A DNA stretch of 64,000 bases from Syncephalis fuscata S228 (taxonomy: Eukaryota; Fungi; Zoopagomycota), in the NCBI GenBank assembly GCA_025786725.1, contig JAHLTZ010000050.1, positions 1-64,000 on the forward strand. Direction: 5' to 3'. The notes beneath the pieces were generated by a model, which did not search any database, was not told where the DNA came from, and saw only the letters and a program-made list of their open reading frames with translations. The translations under genes and the position numbers were made by a program. Each line of letters begins with the position of its first letter. Position 1 is the stretch's first letter. Shown one piece after another: positions 14,410 through 26,636 of the stretch.

Positions 14410-15057
14410 ATGAAATTTACTACATTTACTAAAGCTGTACGTATTCACATTCGTACGATTGAGCAGGCACAGCAATCGACCATTATAAAGGACAAAGAAC
14501 ATTCCAGTAGAACAGCGGATGAATGTACTGAAACTTATGTTTTATCGGACAAAGAGCCACGTATTGGTGTACGAAAGCGAAAGTTTGTTCGTTCAATATC
14601 GAATTTAATGAACTTCTTTAAGGCAGATGAGACTAAAAAGCTGGTAAGACGTGCCAGTCATATAAGATGTCACAGTGAAGCTGGCTATTTTGATACTCTA
14701 TCACAAAGTAAATCCTACGATAGTTCGTATTTAGTGCCACCCAGCTTCCCCCATCCTGACCTACACCAACTTTCTTGGAAGCACTCATTAAAGCATAAAT
14801 CGTCATTACCGGGCTTTTTAGACCCGGCTCATGCATCGAAACAACTGCCAGAGTCCTATTTAAAACATACAACCAAGCCTTTATGGTCTTCTTACAGCGC
14901 TATAGTTTCATCTAGTCTGAAAGCATTTGATGTTTCTTATGTAGATTGTAAAAGCCTAAATGACGATGGAAGCGGTACTAAAGGCCGAACGCAGCGCAAA
15001 CTTCGTCGCTTTACATTTGCTGCACCACTACCCCGCACTGAGCTGTATGGTTATTGA
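14410..15057 (+). CDS. Orphan intronless basic/Ser-rich protein
   Basis: ORF from ATG 14410 (MKFTTFTKAVR), with AATAAA shortly after the stop. Confidence 0.55.
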   Translation: MKFTTFTKAVRIHIRTIEQAQQSTIIKDKEHSSRTADECTETYVLSDKEPRIGVRKRKFVRSISNLMNFFKADETKKLVRRASHIRCHSEAGYFDTLSQSKSYDSSYLVPPSFPHPDLHQLSWKHSLKHKSSLPGFLDPAHASKQLPESYLKHTTKPLWSSYSAIVSSSLKAFDVSYVDCKSLNDDGSGTKGRTQRKLRRFTFAAPLPRTELYGY

Positions 15058-15848
15058 CATATCTCGTTTTAAAACGCCATCTGTGATACAAATAAATAAA
15101 CCATGTCATTTTACTATACTTCTAAAGTACTGTTAGCAATCAGCTGTTGTTATACTCGATACATTTGTAGGACCTGCTAAGTATAATTGGGATACAAATC
15201 GCTTACCCCGTTTTATATGAATAAGGCGATTGAATGTCGCCCATATCATTTATGCCACACGTGCAGCAAGTTTACTTACCTTGACTTGTCAATTAATTGA
15301 ATACATAAAACGTGGCGTTGTAAACGGCTAGTACATTCTTAGCTGTTCATTGAGCTGGCTATTTACATTTTACACGATGTCCAATATAAGTAGCGTTTAT
15401 TAGATGCAAGAAAATAAGACGGTAATAATAATAAGTTTTACAATCAACGCTATCGCGCCAGCAATAGACACAGTTTTCAACTGAATCATGCAGCAGCCTT
15501 TATTGCTGAGTACATGCCTTACTAACAATTGGCATAAAAATCCATATGAAAAAATAAAATAGCCACCTATCAAACCAGAATAGGAGATAACAAGGATTAT
15601 ACAATGACTAACGGTTGCACAGTAACTTGATCATCAACCTTGAACGGTTTTACAGCAACCTTGAATTATTTACAGATAAAAAGTGGCGGCATAACACCAA
15701 GTAATGCCCACCAAAGCGTTTTTCAATTATGTACCACTCAATTCGTATATTTTACTTGAATGCATTGTCTTGATTTGCATCTCCTATCAACCAAAACAGT
15801 ATTTTTGTATAGGACCGCGACACTGTTGGATTGAACAAAAAACCGACT

Positions 15849-16538
15849 ATGCTTTTTACTAAATTTACACAAGCCGCTATTGAAGCTATTCGACTGACCA
15901 GTGATAATGGCAATAGCAGTAGCGGCGTTATCAATTCTCACCGTCGAGGCGCATCACTGTCAAAACCGCTATCAAACATTAAAGCATTTTGGAAGCGCCA
16001 TATTCAAAAATCGACAGCTTCAGGCGCTGATCGATTGCTACGAAAAACTAAAAGTACCTCATTGTTTCGTAACTCGGCTATCTTCATATCTAATTATGCT
16101 TCCTCCTCATCGACAGTTAATTTAGCACTTGTTCCAGAAAAGGAGCATGCTCCTAAAAGCGTAGATGTTGCATTACAAGCAGAAAAGCCAGCTATACTCG
16201 CCAAAAATAATGCGAAAAAGGCCAACGATGCCACAGTAGCTCATATTGCAGTTAATGCTACTCCAAACCATAGAAATAATCAGAAGCGCCGGCGCTCACT
16301 TTCCATGCCAGTGCCATATACTGAACCAAAAGGCACGCTACTCAAAGCTATATCCGAGACAAAAGAACTACTCGAAGCATCGACTATTCTACACTTATCG
16401 CAGTATGCAAATATCCGACAACATTGTAAATCTCGCCGACGCTCATCATCTTACTCGGCTCAATCACTCTATCCAACAAGCATTGACACTATTGCTTTGC
16501 AGAAACGATACACCTTAATGATAACTTCGTATAATTAA
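15849..16538 (+). CDS. Orphan intronless basic/Ser-rich protein
   Basis: ORF from ATG 15849 (MLFTKFTQAAI), with RRRSLSMP and RRRSSS motifs and AATAAA after the stop. Confidence 0.55.
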   Translation: MLFTKFTQAAIEAIRLTSDNGNSSSGVINSHRRGASLSKPLSNIKAFWKRHIQKSTASGADRLLRKTKSTSLFRNSAIFISNYASSSSTVNLALVPEKEHAPKSVDVALQAEKPAILAKNNAKKANDATVAHIAVNATPNHRNNQKRRRSLSMPVPYTEPKGTLLKAISETKELLEASTILHLSQYANIRQHCKSRRRSSSYSAQSLYPTSIDTIALQKRYTLMITSYN

Positions 16539-17130
16539 CATTTAACGTTAAAATAAACTTTATATATATTAAATTAATTGTTATTGACTTGAACGTCGTA
16601 TTATCACTCAATTTGCTTATTCTGTATATGCTAGCAATGTATCAATATGACGATATTGTGATATATATAGTTAGTAACTTACTATCACTTTTAGCTTTAA
16701 TTTATAACTTCAAAGTCTTCTCTATTGATTAGCAATATATAGTCAATAGATTATATGGTAGCTCACGCGATGAAGAGTATACAAAAAAGTTTTTCTGGAA
16801 TGTACGCTACAAACATGCAATAATTTGTATAATCTTGCCGGTGCTTGTTAACAATATGCTTTATTGAATAAACTATAGTAATATTTGCTTAATAAATTAG
16901 AAATAACGCGTTTTAAACATAGACTAATAGACTATATCGTAGAAAATAACCTGCAGTAATCCATTAAAAATGCTAGACTCAGTCACAGTACTGAATCAGG
17001 AAAGCAGTGCAGAAATAAAAAGGCTAATACAACACGTACAAACACCAGTGCTTAGAAATGAGTATTAATAATTGAGAATATTTAGGTGATGGAAGAAAGC
17101 GAAAGAGAAGATGATCGATAGAAAGATAAC

Positions 17131-18309
17131 AGCACATATAGCCAACACGGAATCGTTCTGGCTGCTATTTACATACAACAGTAGCAATAATGGTAGACAG
17201 CACTACTGTATTGGCGCTGAAAACTTGTTCAGTGACTATGCTAGCAGTGCTTTCTATACCACCATTGTTATATGTAAACAACTGCTGTACACGATGTGGT
17301 AGTGGCTATATGCTGCCAAAATCGCTGTATGCTTTGGTTTACTATAAATATGTAATAATCCATAGTAATGGCAAAGTAAAAAACAAGGCTCACAGCACAT
17401 ATTCAACATAGCCTAAGACAAAGCCAACAAAACCAAAACTATACTTATTATATAAATGATTAAAGTGATGAAGGTGGCTGTAAAAAGTAACATTAAGAAA
17501 AAGTACTGCAGGAAAGTAATCTATAAAGTGTTTGTACTCAACTAGTAGTCAGTCAAATACCAACACTATCTATATAACATATATGGTGTGTAAAAGTATA
17601 TGCTCTGGATATTGCTATTAGGTGTGAAGAAAGAGAAAGAAAAAGAAAAGTGTGACGTAATTGTAAGCTGTAGAGCCTGTCAGTCAATATTTATTGAGAC
17701 GCGAATTAAATCTATTAACAAGCAAAGTGTAAAACAGTAAAAGTCAATTTATCCAACAGGTCGGTAGATCGCAGAACATATTAGAAATAAACAAATAAAT
17801 ACATTTAGAATAAAGTCATTTGGCCATAAACATCAATTACTATCATAAAAGATATTACTAGTAAAACAGTAAACGTAGTAAGAAGAATATATGTTATTTA
17901 ACTCCAAATAGCATTATTATAGTATTTGGTAGAACAATAGGCGTTATAGAAAAATGAATAGTAATGAATAAAGTCGATCCATCTTAAAGACAAGCGTAAT
18001 CATAAACTATTTTATTAGTGAAGCAATGAAAGATGAATCACTAATTTATTTAATAAAACTTCAGCAATTGTATTATTTTATTTTTAACACAACGGTACTA
18101 GTTTATATGACTGTTCATATGTTTATAGCTAACAAGTATTTACCGACTATATTATTGTAGTAGCTGTTTGTTTATAATAATTAGTATTACTATTTAATAT
18201 ATACATATACATATATTATTGACTGTTTGCATGTAATTTTAACAGATTCGTTTAAGCACAATGCAATTTTTAGCCACGCATCATAACAATATAAGCATGG
18301 TATTAAAAT
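17131..18309 (+). repeat. Left arm of a ~1.18-kb near-identical inverted repeat
   Basis: Reverse complement of 26637-27817. The small ORFs 17190-17411(+) and 27537-27758(-) are near-identical. Confidence 0.9.
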
Positions 18310-18599
18310 AGTACCAATGTAGCTCATTAATTAATCTGTATTCTATTAACTATAATACAATACATCTATACCCAGTATTTATAAATAGCTCCATTTATAT
18401 AAAATTAAGAAATTCACATAGAGCTTGGAAACAAATATTGCCAAATACATAGTAGTAATTACAGACCAACACGTGATTATGGCGAGAATTATTTAGTCGG
18501 CAATCTGTTTGCCGACTTGCAGTATTCTTATTTGCTATTTATCCCCTTAAACCGTTAGGCCATTCGCGCACTTCAAATATTATTTGTTTATACTGAAAC

Positions 18600-20235
18600 A
18601 TGGCTACTACAAAGTACTTTACTGAACAAGAAGTGTCTAGTCACACGTCAGAGAATGACTGCTGGATTATTGTCCGTGGCAAAGTATATGATGTTACCAG
18701 CTTTTTGACCGAACATCCGGGTGGCAAGAAAGTAAGTAAATAGTACGACAGTTGGGGCCTTAACTAATGCTGATATCCAGGTAATTATGAATGTCGCAGG
18801 TACAGACGCGACCAAGCAGTTCGACGCCTTCCACAATACAGGCGTGTTAGAAAAATACGGTCCCAGTATGTATGTTGGCGAGGCCGGAAGTCCGCCACAC
18901 GAGGCCGATCAAGCTGTAGCGGAGAATGCAGAAGTGGATCTTAGCGAACCATTTGGTGATCTTATTCCATTTGGTGATCCTGCTTGGTATCAAGGCTGGG
19001 ACAGCCCATACTATAACGATTCACATCGACGATTCCGAGCACGTATGCGGGAATTTGTAGAACGTGAGGTCATACCATACTGTGATGAATGGGATGAGGC
19101 TAAACAAGTACCACGCGCTTTATTCATTAAATGTGCCGAGGTTGGTATTACAGCGGGTATTTGTGGTGAATTACCTGTGGAATTTATGGAAATTGATAAT
19201 ATTCTTGGCGTGCCACTCGATGAATTTGATATATTCCATGAATTCATTATTGGCGATGAAATATGTCGCTGTGGCTCTGGTGGTGTGCTTTGGGGTATTT
19301 GTGGCGGTTTTGGCATTGGTTTGCCGCCCGTCTTGCTATTTGCCTCTAATGAGCTCAAGCAACGCATTGTTCCAGATGTGTTGGCTGGCCGCAAAGTCAT
19401 CTGTCTGGCCATTACTGAGCCATATGCCGGAAGTGATGTAGCCAATATTCGCTGTGAAGCTAAAGAAACACCTGATGGTGAACACTTTATCGTTAATGGC
19501 GAGAAGAAGTGGATTACCAACGGTGTATTTGCCGATTACTTTACCGTTGCCGTACGTACTGGTGGTGGTGAAGGTATGAGTGGTATTTCATTGCTACTTA
19601 TCGAGCGTACTATGCCAGGTGTAAAGACACGTCAAATGCAATGCTCTGGCGTGTGGTCCTCGGGCACTGGCTATATTACTTTTGAAGATGTTAAAGTACC
19701 CAAGGCAAATCTTGTTGGCAAGCAAGATAAAGGCTTTAAGTGTATTATGTACAATTTCAACCATGAACGTATGTCTATTTGTATACAATCGACTCGATTC
19801 GCTCGTGTGTGCTTGGAAGAATCAATCAAGTATGCTAGTAAGCGCAAAACATTCGGCCGCCCATTGATTGAGCACCAAGTCATTCGCCATAAGTTGGCCG
19901 ATATGGCGCGTCGTATTGAAGCAACACACGCCTGGATGGAACAGCTTTTATATCAAAGCAAAATTATGTCACATAATGAAGCTATGGTCAAGCTCGGTGG
20001 CCCAATTGCTTTGTTAAAGGTACAAGCAACGCAAACATTCGAATTTTGTGCTCGCGAAGCATCACAAATCTTTGGTGGTCTTGCCTATACTCGTGGTGGC
20101 CAAGGCGGTAAGATTGAGCGTCTGTATCGCGAGGTACGTGCCTACGCTATTCCTGGTGGCTCTGAGGAGATTATGACGGATCTTGGTATGAAGCAATCAA
20201 TTAAGGTGGCCCAATTTCTTGGTGCTAAAATATAA
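18600..20235 (+). CDS. Cytochrome b5 domain-acyl-CoA dehydrogenase fusion (intron 18732-18780)
   Basis: Exon 1 contains CWIIVRGKVYDVTSFLTEHPGG (heme-binding HPGG). ACAD motifs: LAITEPYAGSDVA, NGEKKWITNG, QIFGGLAY, IPGGSEEIM. Confidence 0.95.
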
Positions 20236-20419
20236 GCACTCGTTAATTAGCAATGCTAGTATAATATGATTAATAATAAAGGTTTTATAGCCAAATAAGT
20301 TTATATGTTAATGCAATGTAACTACAATATGAGAACATTATATAACAGATTGAAGGCCATTTACCTGCATGTAACCTTGCACTATTATACATTTATTTTA
20401 TACTCTATGTATTAACAAT

Positions 20420-20985
20420 TTAACATGATTTAAGTGCCAATGACTTTTCTGATAACATTCGCGTAATTGAACTAGGCATTCAATCTATTGAACATGGAAC
20501 TAGGTGATGAGTGGCATTAATCATCAAATACTTATCATTGTAGATTCATTATCCAGTATGCATATATTCAGTACACATATATATCATTCTATAATATACC
20601 AAACACATTCTATTTATTATAAATTTAGTACATTTATTTATTATATCCATTGAATTATATAGCTAGCACTGCTAATCACATACTTCTCGCTGTATATTCA
20701 TTAAAGTTATAAAGGTATATTGCATGCAACTCAATGAATAAAATGAATGCAGCATGTTAAGGACTATAGCAAATAGATTGTGCTCAACGTATGATAGAGT
20801 GCTATACAGCAGTATAAATATACAACATTAATTGTGTGTATGTATATAATATATGCGTACAGTATAATGAGATTGTCATTGATGAGTGATGTTATTTACC
20901 CGATTCCATGTTCACTAGGACGAATGTGGAGTTCAACTATGTTAATATTGTTACATGTAGCTATTTGATCCTCAAATTATATCAA
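20420..20985. mobile_element. MITE-like element with ~100-bp imperfect terminal inverted repeats
   Basis: 20420-20525 is an imperfect reverse complement of 20880-20985. The interior is non-coding and AT-rich, and there is a copy at 52705-53250. Confidence 0.6.
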
Positions 20986-23420
20986 ATGGCTAGTAAAATT
21001 GCTAATAAAAACAAATTGTATAATAATGTTAAATGACATATAGTATATTATACGATTGATACAGCTTATTCGACTTGCACAACAGAGAATTAAGTTTTTA
21101 AAAATTAAAATATTTGAACACACCATACAGAACATACAATATGTTAAATACAATAGTCAAAAAGTAAAAGTGAAATCTAATATGTTTACTATTTAAGCCA
21201 TAATAAAAGCAATACTACCAACAAGTAACAAAACAATGTTAAGCATAGTCTGTATCTAAGGTGTTTAACCTCTAACTGTTCCATAATATGGAACATAAAC
21301 AGCATGGTTCGATGGTGATCCATTAATTCCTGGATTAGGATCAATTACAATATACCCGGAATATGACCATATTTCGCCATTTTGTATATTCCTCGGCACA
21401 CTAATCTTTATGTTGATCTCGCTTATCTGATTTAGTCGTAAATCAATAGATCCTGGAAGGGAAACGGTTGCAATCACATGTTTTCCTGACGATGTATTGC
21501 TAATAGGTTTTGATTTCAAAACTGCAGCGGCTGGAATATGTGAAAGTTTATACGATGCTGATGTGTCAGATAGAGGTAAAAGTTTGATCAATACATCCAC
21601 TGCGTTGGTATACGTGTCCTCCAAATTAATTAACGATGGTTCAACATGAACACTTTTAGTATCTATTAGTTTGGTAAGATTGATTATACCGGAGCCTTGA
21701 TATAATGGAGAAACGTAGGAATCTGCATTACTGACTTTGACGGGAACTGCGCTGTTTTGTAATATAGTTCTGACATGGTTAACATCAACCAAGCTCTTGT
21801 TATCAATTTCAGCTATCAATGCAGCTGCACCGGCAACATATGCAACAGCAGCTGATATATCGCTGAAATGGGGTTTGCTTATTGTTTTACGAGTGGTAGT
21901 AGTGTAGATTTCGTGACTTGGTGCCAAGATGTCAGGATAGAAAGGCGGTATGAATGGTTCATTCTGCGGTCCAGCTGTATCGACAGTAACACTGCCATCT
22001 TTAATGTAGCCATACTTTTCTGCAAAACTATATCTGTATCCAAGCTTATTCGCATAGCCTTCTTTTATAAACAAAGCATCTTTTTCACTGATATCAAATA
22101 AAGGCATATCGCATTTCTGTCTTTTTTGATAAGGACCGTTTACAATTATAAGTCCAGTCATTCTTATTGTTTTGGCATACCTTAACAAAGAAGGCATTCT
22201 TGATTTATCATACCACACAAGTGCAATGTCTCCTCTTTTAAGCCCAGTAAGATGTTCGTTTAATTTGTCATTGATATTTTTAGAAATAATATTCATTTCT
22301 TTGTTAAAGTTATAGCTCATGTCTGAACACGGAGAATTAAACTCAATACGACGGCCAGTTGTTTTCTCCTCAAACCAGTGCGATAGTCGATACTTTTGTT
22401 TAAAACCACCAACACTTAATACAGGAAGGCCTTGATATGAAAAGTAATTTGGATTTATAAAATTATTGGCTGATGCTGCAACAATCATAATCACGCCACG
22501 TTTTGCAGCATATTCTATTGTTTCTCTCAGTTTAGTGCTGTATTCATCTACAATGGCAATCTCCGGCAATACAACAATTTTCATTTGGTCCTGGCGTATT
22601 GCAATTGTTATAGCTTTCAACACCAATGAGGTTGAAGTTGGGCCCGTGCAGCCAAACACGCGATAGGTGCCAAGTGTTGCCTCGGGTGCAACTCCAGTAA
22701 AATAATTGGTTTTTGCAACAGCAATACCAGCTAGATTTACACCACGTCTATTGCATTCAGATGGATGTTTATCTTGGTTATTATCAGTGCTACAAGTGTG
22801 TAAAATAATTATAATTTCCTTCAAATGCCTTGGCGTTTAGTGTAATTCCAGCATCAATAATTCCGAGTCTAACACCTTTTCCTTTGATACCATTGGCATG
22901 AAGTGCTTCAACGCCGGTGGACACATAATAAGGTGTTACATAAACTGTTTGCTGGTGATTTAGAGCTAATATAGGGACGGCCATAATTAGGTTTTGTGTA
23001 AAAATCATCTTCATATGTTTTGGCACTGTCTACGGTAAAGTGGTGTGTTGAACAAAATAGCAACAATGTAAATATTACCAGTTGTTGTGCTTGTCTTGCT
23101 ATCATATTATAAGCAACTGATGTATCAAAAAATAATTGTATGGTTTAATTATAGGAAAGTGTTGACAAAAAGTAAATGAAAAATAAGACAATGTATATGA
23201 GACGAAAATAAATAAATAAATAAATTCAGATGACATGGCTCTATAAAAGAATAATGACATGTGCTAGATGCCATTTTAGGTTATTAAACAAAATATTTAA
23301 GAAAGGTGTCCAAAATTGTACCAACAGTAATGCGGTAGTTGAATAGAAACCACTAGTAATTCGATTTTTACTTGTTTACATTCTCCATTCTAGTAACTAT
23401 CATGTGCTGTTACTTCTTCA
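20445..23420 (+). repeat. ~3-kb segmental duplication (MITE + subtilisin gene + promoter), direct copy at ~52705-55690
   Basis: Near-identical sequence over long stretches in both loci. Confidence 0.9.
21265..23105 (-). CDS. Secreted S8 subtilisin-like protein with PA-like insert and C-terminal beta domain; catalytic His appears lost; frameshifted in the assembly
   Basis: Signal peptide MIARQAQQLVIFTLLLFCST, then TGVEALHANGIKGKGVRLGIIDAG, GVAPEATLGTYRVFGC, PDILAP, AYVAGAAAL, SPLYQGSGIIN and YSGYIVI..VPY. Confidence 0.8.
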
Positions 23421-23773
23421 TTAGTCAACCACCATGACTTTCATATAGTTTTATGGAACTGGCTGAACACGACATTATATACCAGTGTATATGTATTTCG
23501 ACAATTATTTTATATATTAAACATTTTGAATTATATATAGAACTGTTAAATGCTATTTCTATGCTTGCCAAACAGCAATGAGCATAATAAAGTGCAATAA
23601 TATAGATTAGGCAAATGGCTTTAATCATTTCAAATGCTATTACAACAAAGTTACAATTAATGAAATCAAATGCATGCTTCAACATATAAGCATAAACAAC
23701 AGTTTTATTCAGCCAATATCTAGCACCATACTACATTTATCAAACAAATATAAATCCTATCGAACAAAAATGG

Positions 23774-24324
23774 CTGTTCAAAAAACTAAAACTATCTTCG
23801 TACATTAGCCAACAGTAAGCTGACTAAAAGCTCATCAATAAGCTTAAATCCAAGTTTGACAGTGATGCTATTTTGATATTTGATAACTAGTCTGCAAGTC
23901 ATGTAAAGTTCCAAGAACTTATTCGAGATGCTGGCTTGAAGCGTATACTTTAAAAGAATGGATTTAACGTACTTTTAGTTGATGAGTATAATAGCTCTAA
24001 AACCCGTTCTACTTGTCAAGCTTCAAGTCCAAAACATTTAAAATAATCGATAATCCACTTCCGTATTAACATAAAAATTGTGCAAGAGTAAAGTGCCATG
24101 GGCTTATAAGGTACTATAATTTATAGACTGAATACAAAGCGTATATTTTATTCTAACATCTAAACTGTTTGTAGGTGCACAAATCAAATTGTAAGAAAAC
24201 TCATGAGACTTTTACAGGTGCAAGATTATGGCATGGTAATTTGACTGATGCTTTGAATCCCAAGCATATTTTTGAAGGTATACAATTGAGTGGTATCATA
24301 TCAAATCGGTTTCGAAGAAGCTAA
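23774..24324 (+). pseudogene. Decayed Fanzor (eukaryotic TnpB-like RuvC nuclease) C-terminal remnant
   Basis: Reads LFKKLKLSSYISQQ*AD*KLINKLKSKFDSDAILIFDN*SASHVKFQELIRDAGLKRIL*KNGFNVLLVDEYNSSKTRSTC...KCHGLIR[intron ~24111-24174]CTN...RLWHGNLTDALNPKHIF...RF. This matches the GNWS / DEYxTSxxCxxC / CHGLLRC / WNRD motif order I recall for fungal Fanzors. Confidence 0.7.
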
Positions 24325-24554
24325 TTTGCCTTGGAGTTTATCAACTTCAAAATCAAAATATAGATCATTATAATAATCACTTTTTAATGACGGCTACTAA
24401 TTTTTTATTAATGTAATATTTATTCGTTTTAAATTGCGTTTGTCCTATGATGATATATTTAGTACTGTATTAAACAAAACGAAAAACAAAAAAATAGTAA
24501 AAAATGGTAACAATAATAACGAAAGCGAAAAAACAAGGTATGGGGAGTGTTTTA

Positions 24555-26158
24555 TTACAAATCCTGCTCAATCGTAGGTAATGCAGTGGTAAACAATTCA
24601 CCGGACACGTAAGGAGGAGGAGGAGCTCCAGCGGTACTGGCCGTCGTTACCGTTGTCGAGGAAGGGGCGGTAGCTATGGGAGAAACGGTGAGTGTATTGC
24701 CGTAATTTGAAGTTAATGGTGCTTCACGTAATGGTGAAGTAATTTCCGGTGTAGTACTAGAAGATAGATAACGACCAGTACGTGCGGTAGAACCTAGGGA
24801 TGACGTAGAAACCCTTGATAATTAGCAGATAGTGGCCGTGCCGTATTACTTTGTTGTTGATTAGATGATGACGGAGGATAGTTACTACGCTGGCTTGGTG
24901 CCATTTCAAGTAAAACAGAACCTCGTTCTGAACCATAAGCAGGTGGTGCCTGTGCTGTCGATTCGAGCACTGGTGCAAATCCCCAATGATGTATATTGCC
25001 TCAAGGAATACAAAGCCTGATAGGCCAAAGTTCACCTCCAATGTACAAGGGCCGTTGGCAGCCACCACCGGATATAGATCAAATGTCATGCCTGTACTAG
25101 CTGCTTCTTGCTGTACTCCATTGCGTGTAAATAGCACACCACCACTATGTGTGTTTACACAAACGCCAATAACATCACCTTCAAAAAATGTACCGCCATA
25201 ATCTCGCCCTTCAAATGAGTTATTAACATGTAGTTGACCTGTATTAGCTAAATAGCCAACTGAAATTTCATGAAATCCTATATTAATACCGTAATAAATC
25301 ATCATTAATATACTATTCATTTGTATTATCCATATTTACTTACCTGGCATACGCCAATTTGGGTAAGGATGTGTGGCAAGTCCAATACCCACCTCAGTAT
25401 CGGCCGGCTTTTCTGCTAATTTGACTTCAAAATAGAATATTTCACGATTTCGAGGAATGGGTAGATTTGTTTGCAATAGCAATGGTGTTGTAGTTTTTAC
25501 GGCCGGCAGTTCAACCTCCTCGGGTGTTTGCGGCGTTAACTGCCAATTAAATGAAATTTCCGTACCTTGATGCACATAGATGCCTAGTGGCATTGTATCT
25601 TCTGCTCGTACTCTAAGGCTTGTTTCATCGAATTGCGGACAACAAACTTCCATGCTGCAACACCTTGTTCAGTAATTGTTTCTTTTTCTTCTTCGGTTAA
25701 TGGACGATGGATGCATTCAGGTGGGTGTTCTTTTAGTAGTGATCTGGCGGCAGCATATGATGCTTGCTCTGTAGATGTCCAGTTAGATACTACAGCTTGA
25801 TACTCAGCTTGATCAGGCTCGCGCAATGATCGTAGCGTTGATGCAAATAACGTCGATTCTTGCGACGCGTCCAGAAATTGACGCCAATACAAAACATGAT
25901 AATAAAAACAATTACAAGCGTAACGCCGACAATAACATATGTGGGGGAAATGTTATTTTGATTATTTTCACCATCCTTTACCGATATTACCGTGGAATTG
26001 CGCGACGGTGAGGCTTGTTCTGACGAAACGCCCAGAGGCGGTGCTGACTCGGTCGCTGCCTTTGCGTGGTGCAAATAGCTCAGAATGAGCACAAATAGTG
26101 CGCAGTGTTGGGCAAAACTGTGTACCGTCTTGGGTATACTAATCCAGCCTAATAGCAT
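24555..26158 (-). CDS. SSH4/EAR1-like transmembrane SPRY-domain Rsp5 adaptor (frameshifted in the assembly, at least one intron)
   Basis: TM segment YVIVGVTLVIVFIIMFCIGV. SPRY motifs LQTNLPIP..FYFEVK..IGLATHPYPNWRMPG, EGDVIGV, FTRNG, LYPVVAANGPCTLEVNFG. PPxY-like motifs in the tail. Confidence 0.8.
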
Positions 26159-26636
26159 ACTGTCTTTTACAGAATTATTTTAAAAACTAAGCACAGTTGG
26201 ATAGATAGTAAGAACCCAGAGCCTGCCGGGTAGGGAAAGAAGTTGCAAAGGAAGCGAGCAATGATAAAATTGTTGTTATGCAATGAAGCAAACGCTGAGA
26301 CCATGAGAATGCGGCACGAAACCAACCGATATCTCTAAAACAACAGTGAGCGTCTAGAAGGTAAACAAAAAAAGAGAAAACAGCTATTTTGCTTAAGGCT
26401 GTATTGATAGAGAGAACTTGCTACTAAAAAGGCATGCCTGTTTTAGTGGATATGGGCTGTATCATTTAAATAATGCCGCCTTTTACAGAAATGGCAATAA
26501 GCATGTGAACTTATTTGAACCACTAAATCTTTATTATTAGTCACATTATATTAGCATTGCTAATTATTGAGTGATTATAATTTAGTACCCAAGAATTAAG
26601 GCACTTTATTATACCAAAATTTGTTATCATATTGCC

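Noticed and set aside
18600-20235. Cytochrome b5-ACAD fusion as a novelty
   Set aside because: This domain fusion is common in fungi.
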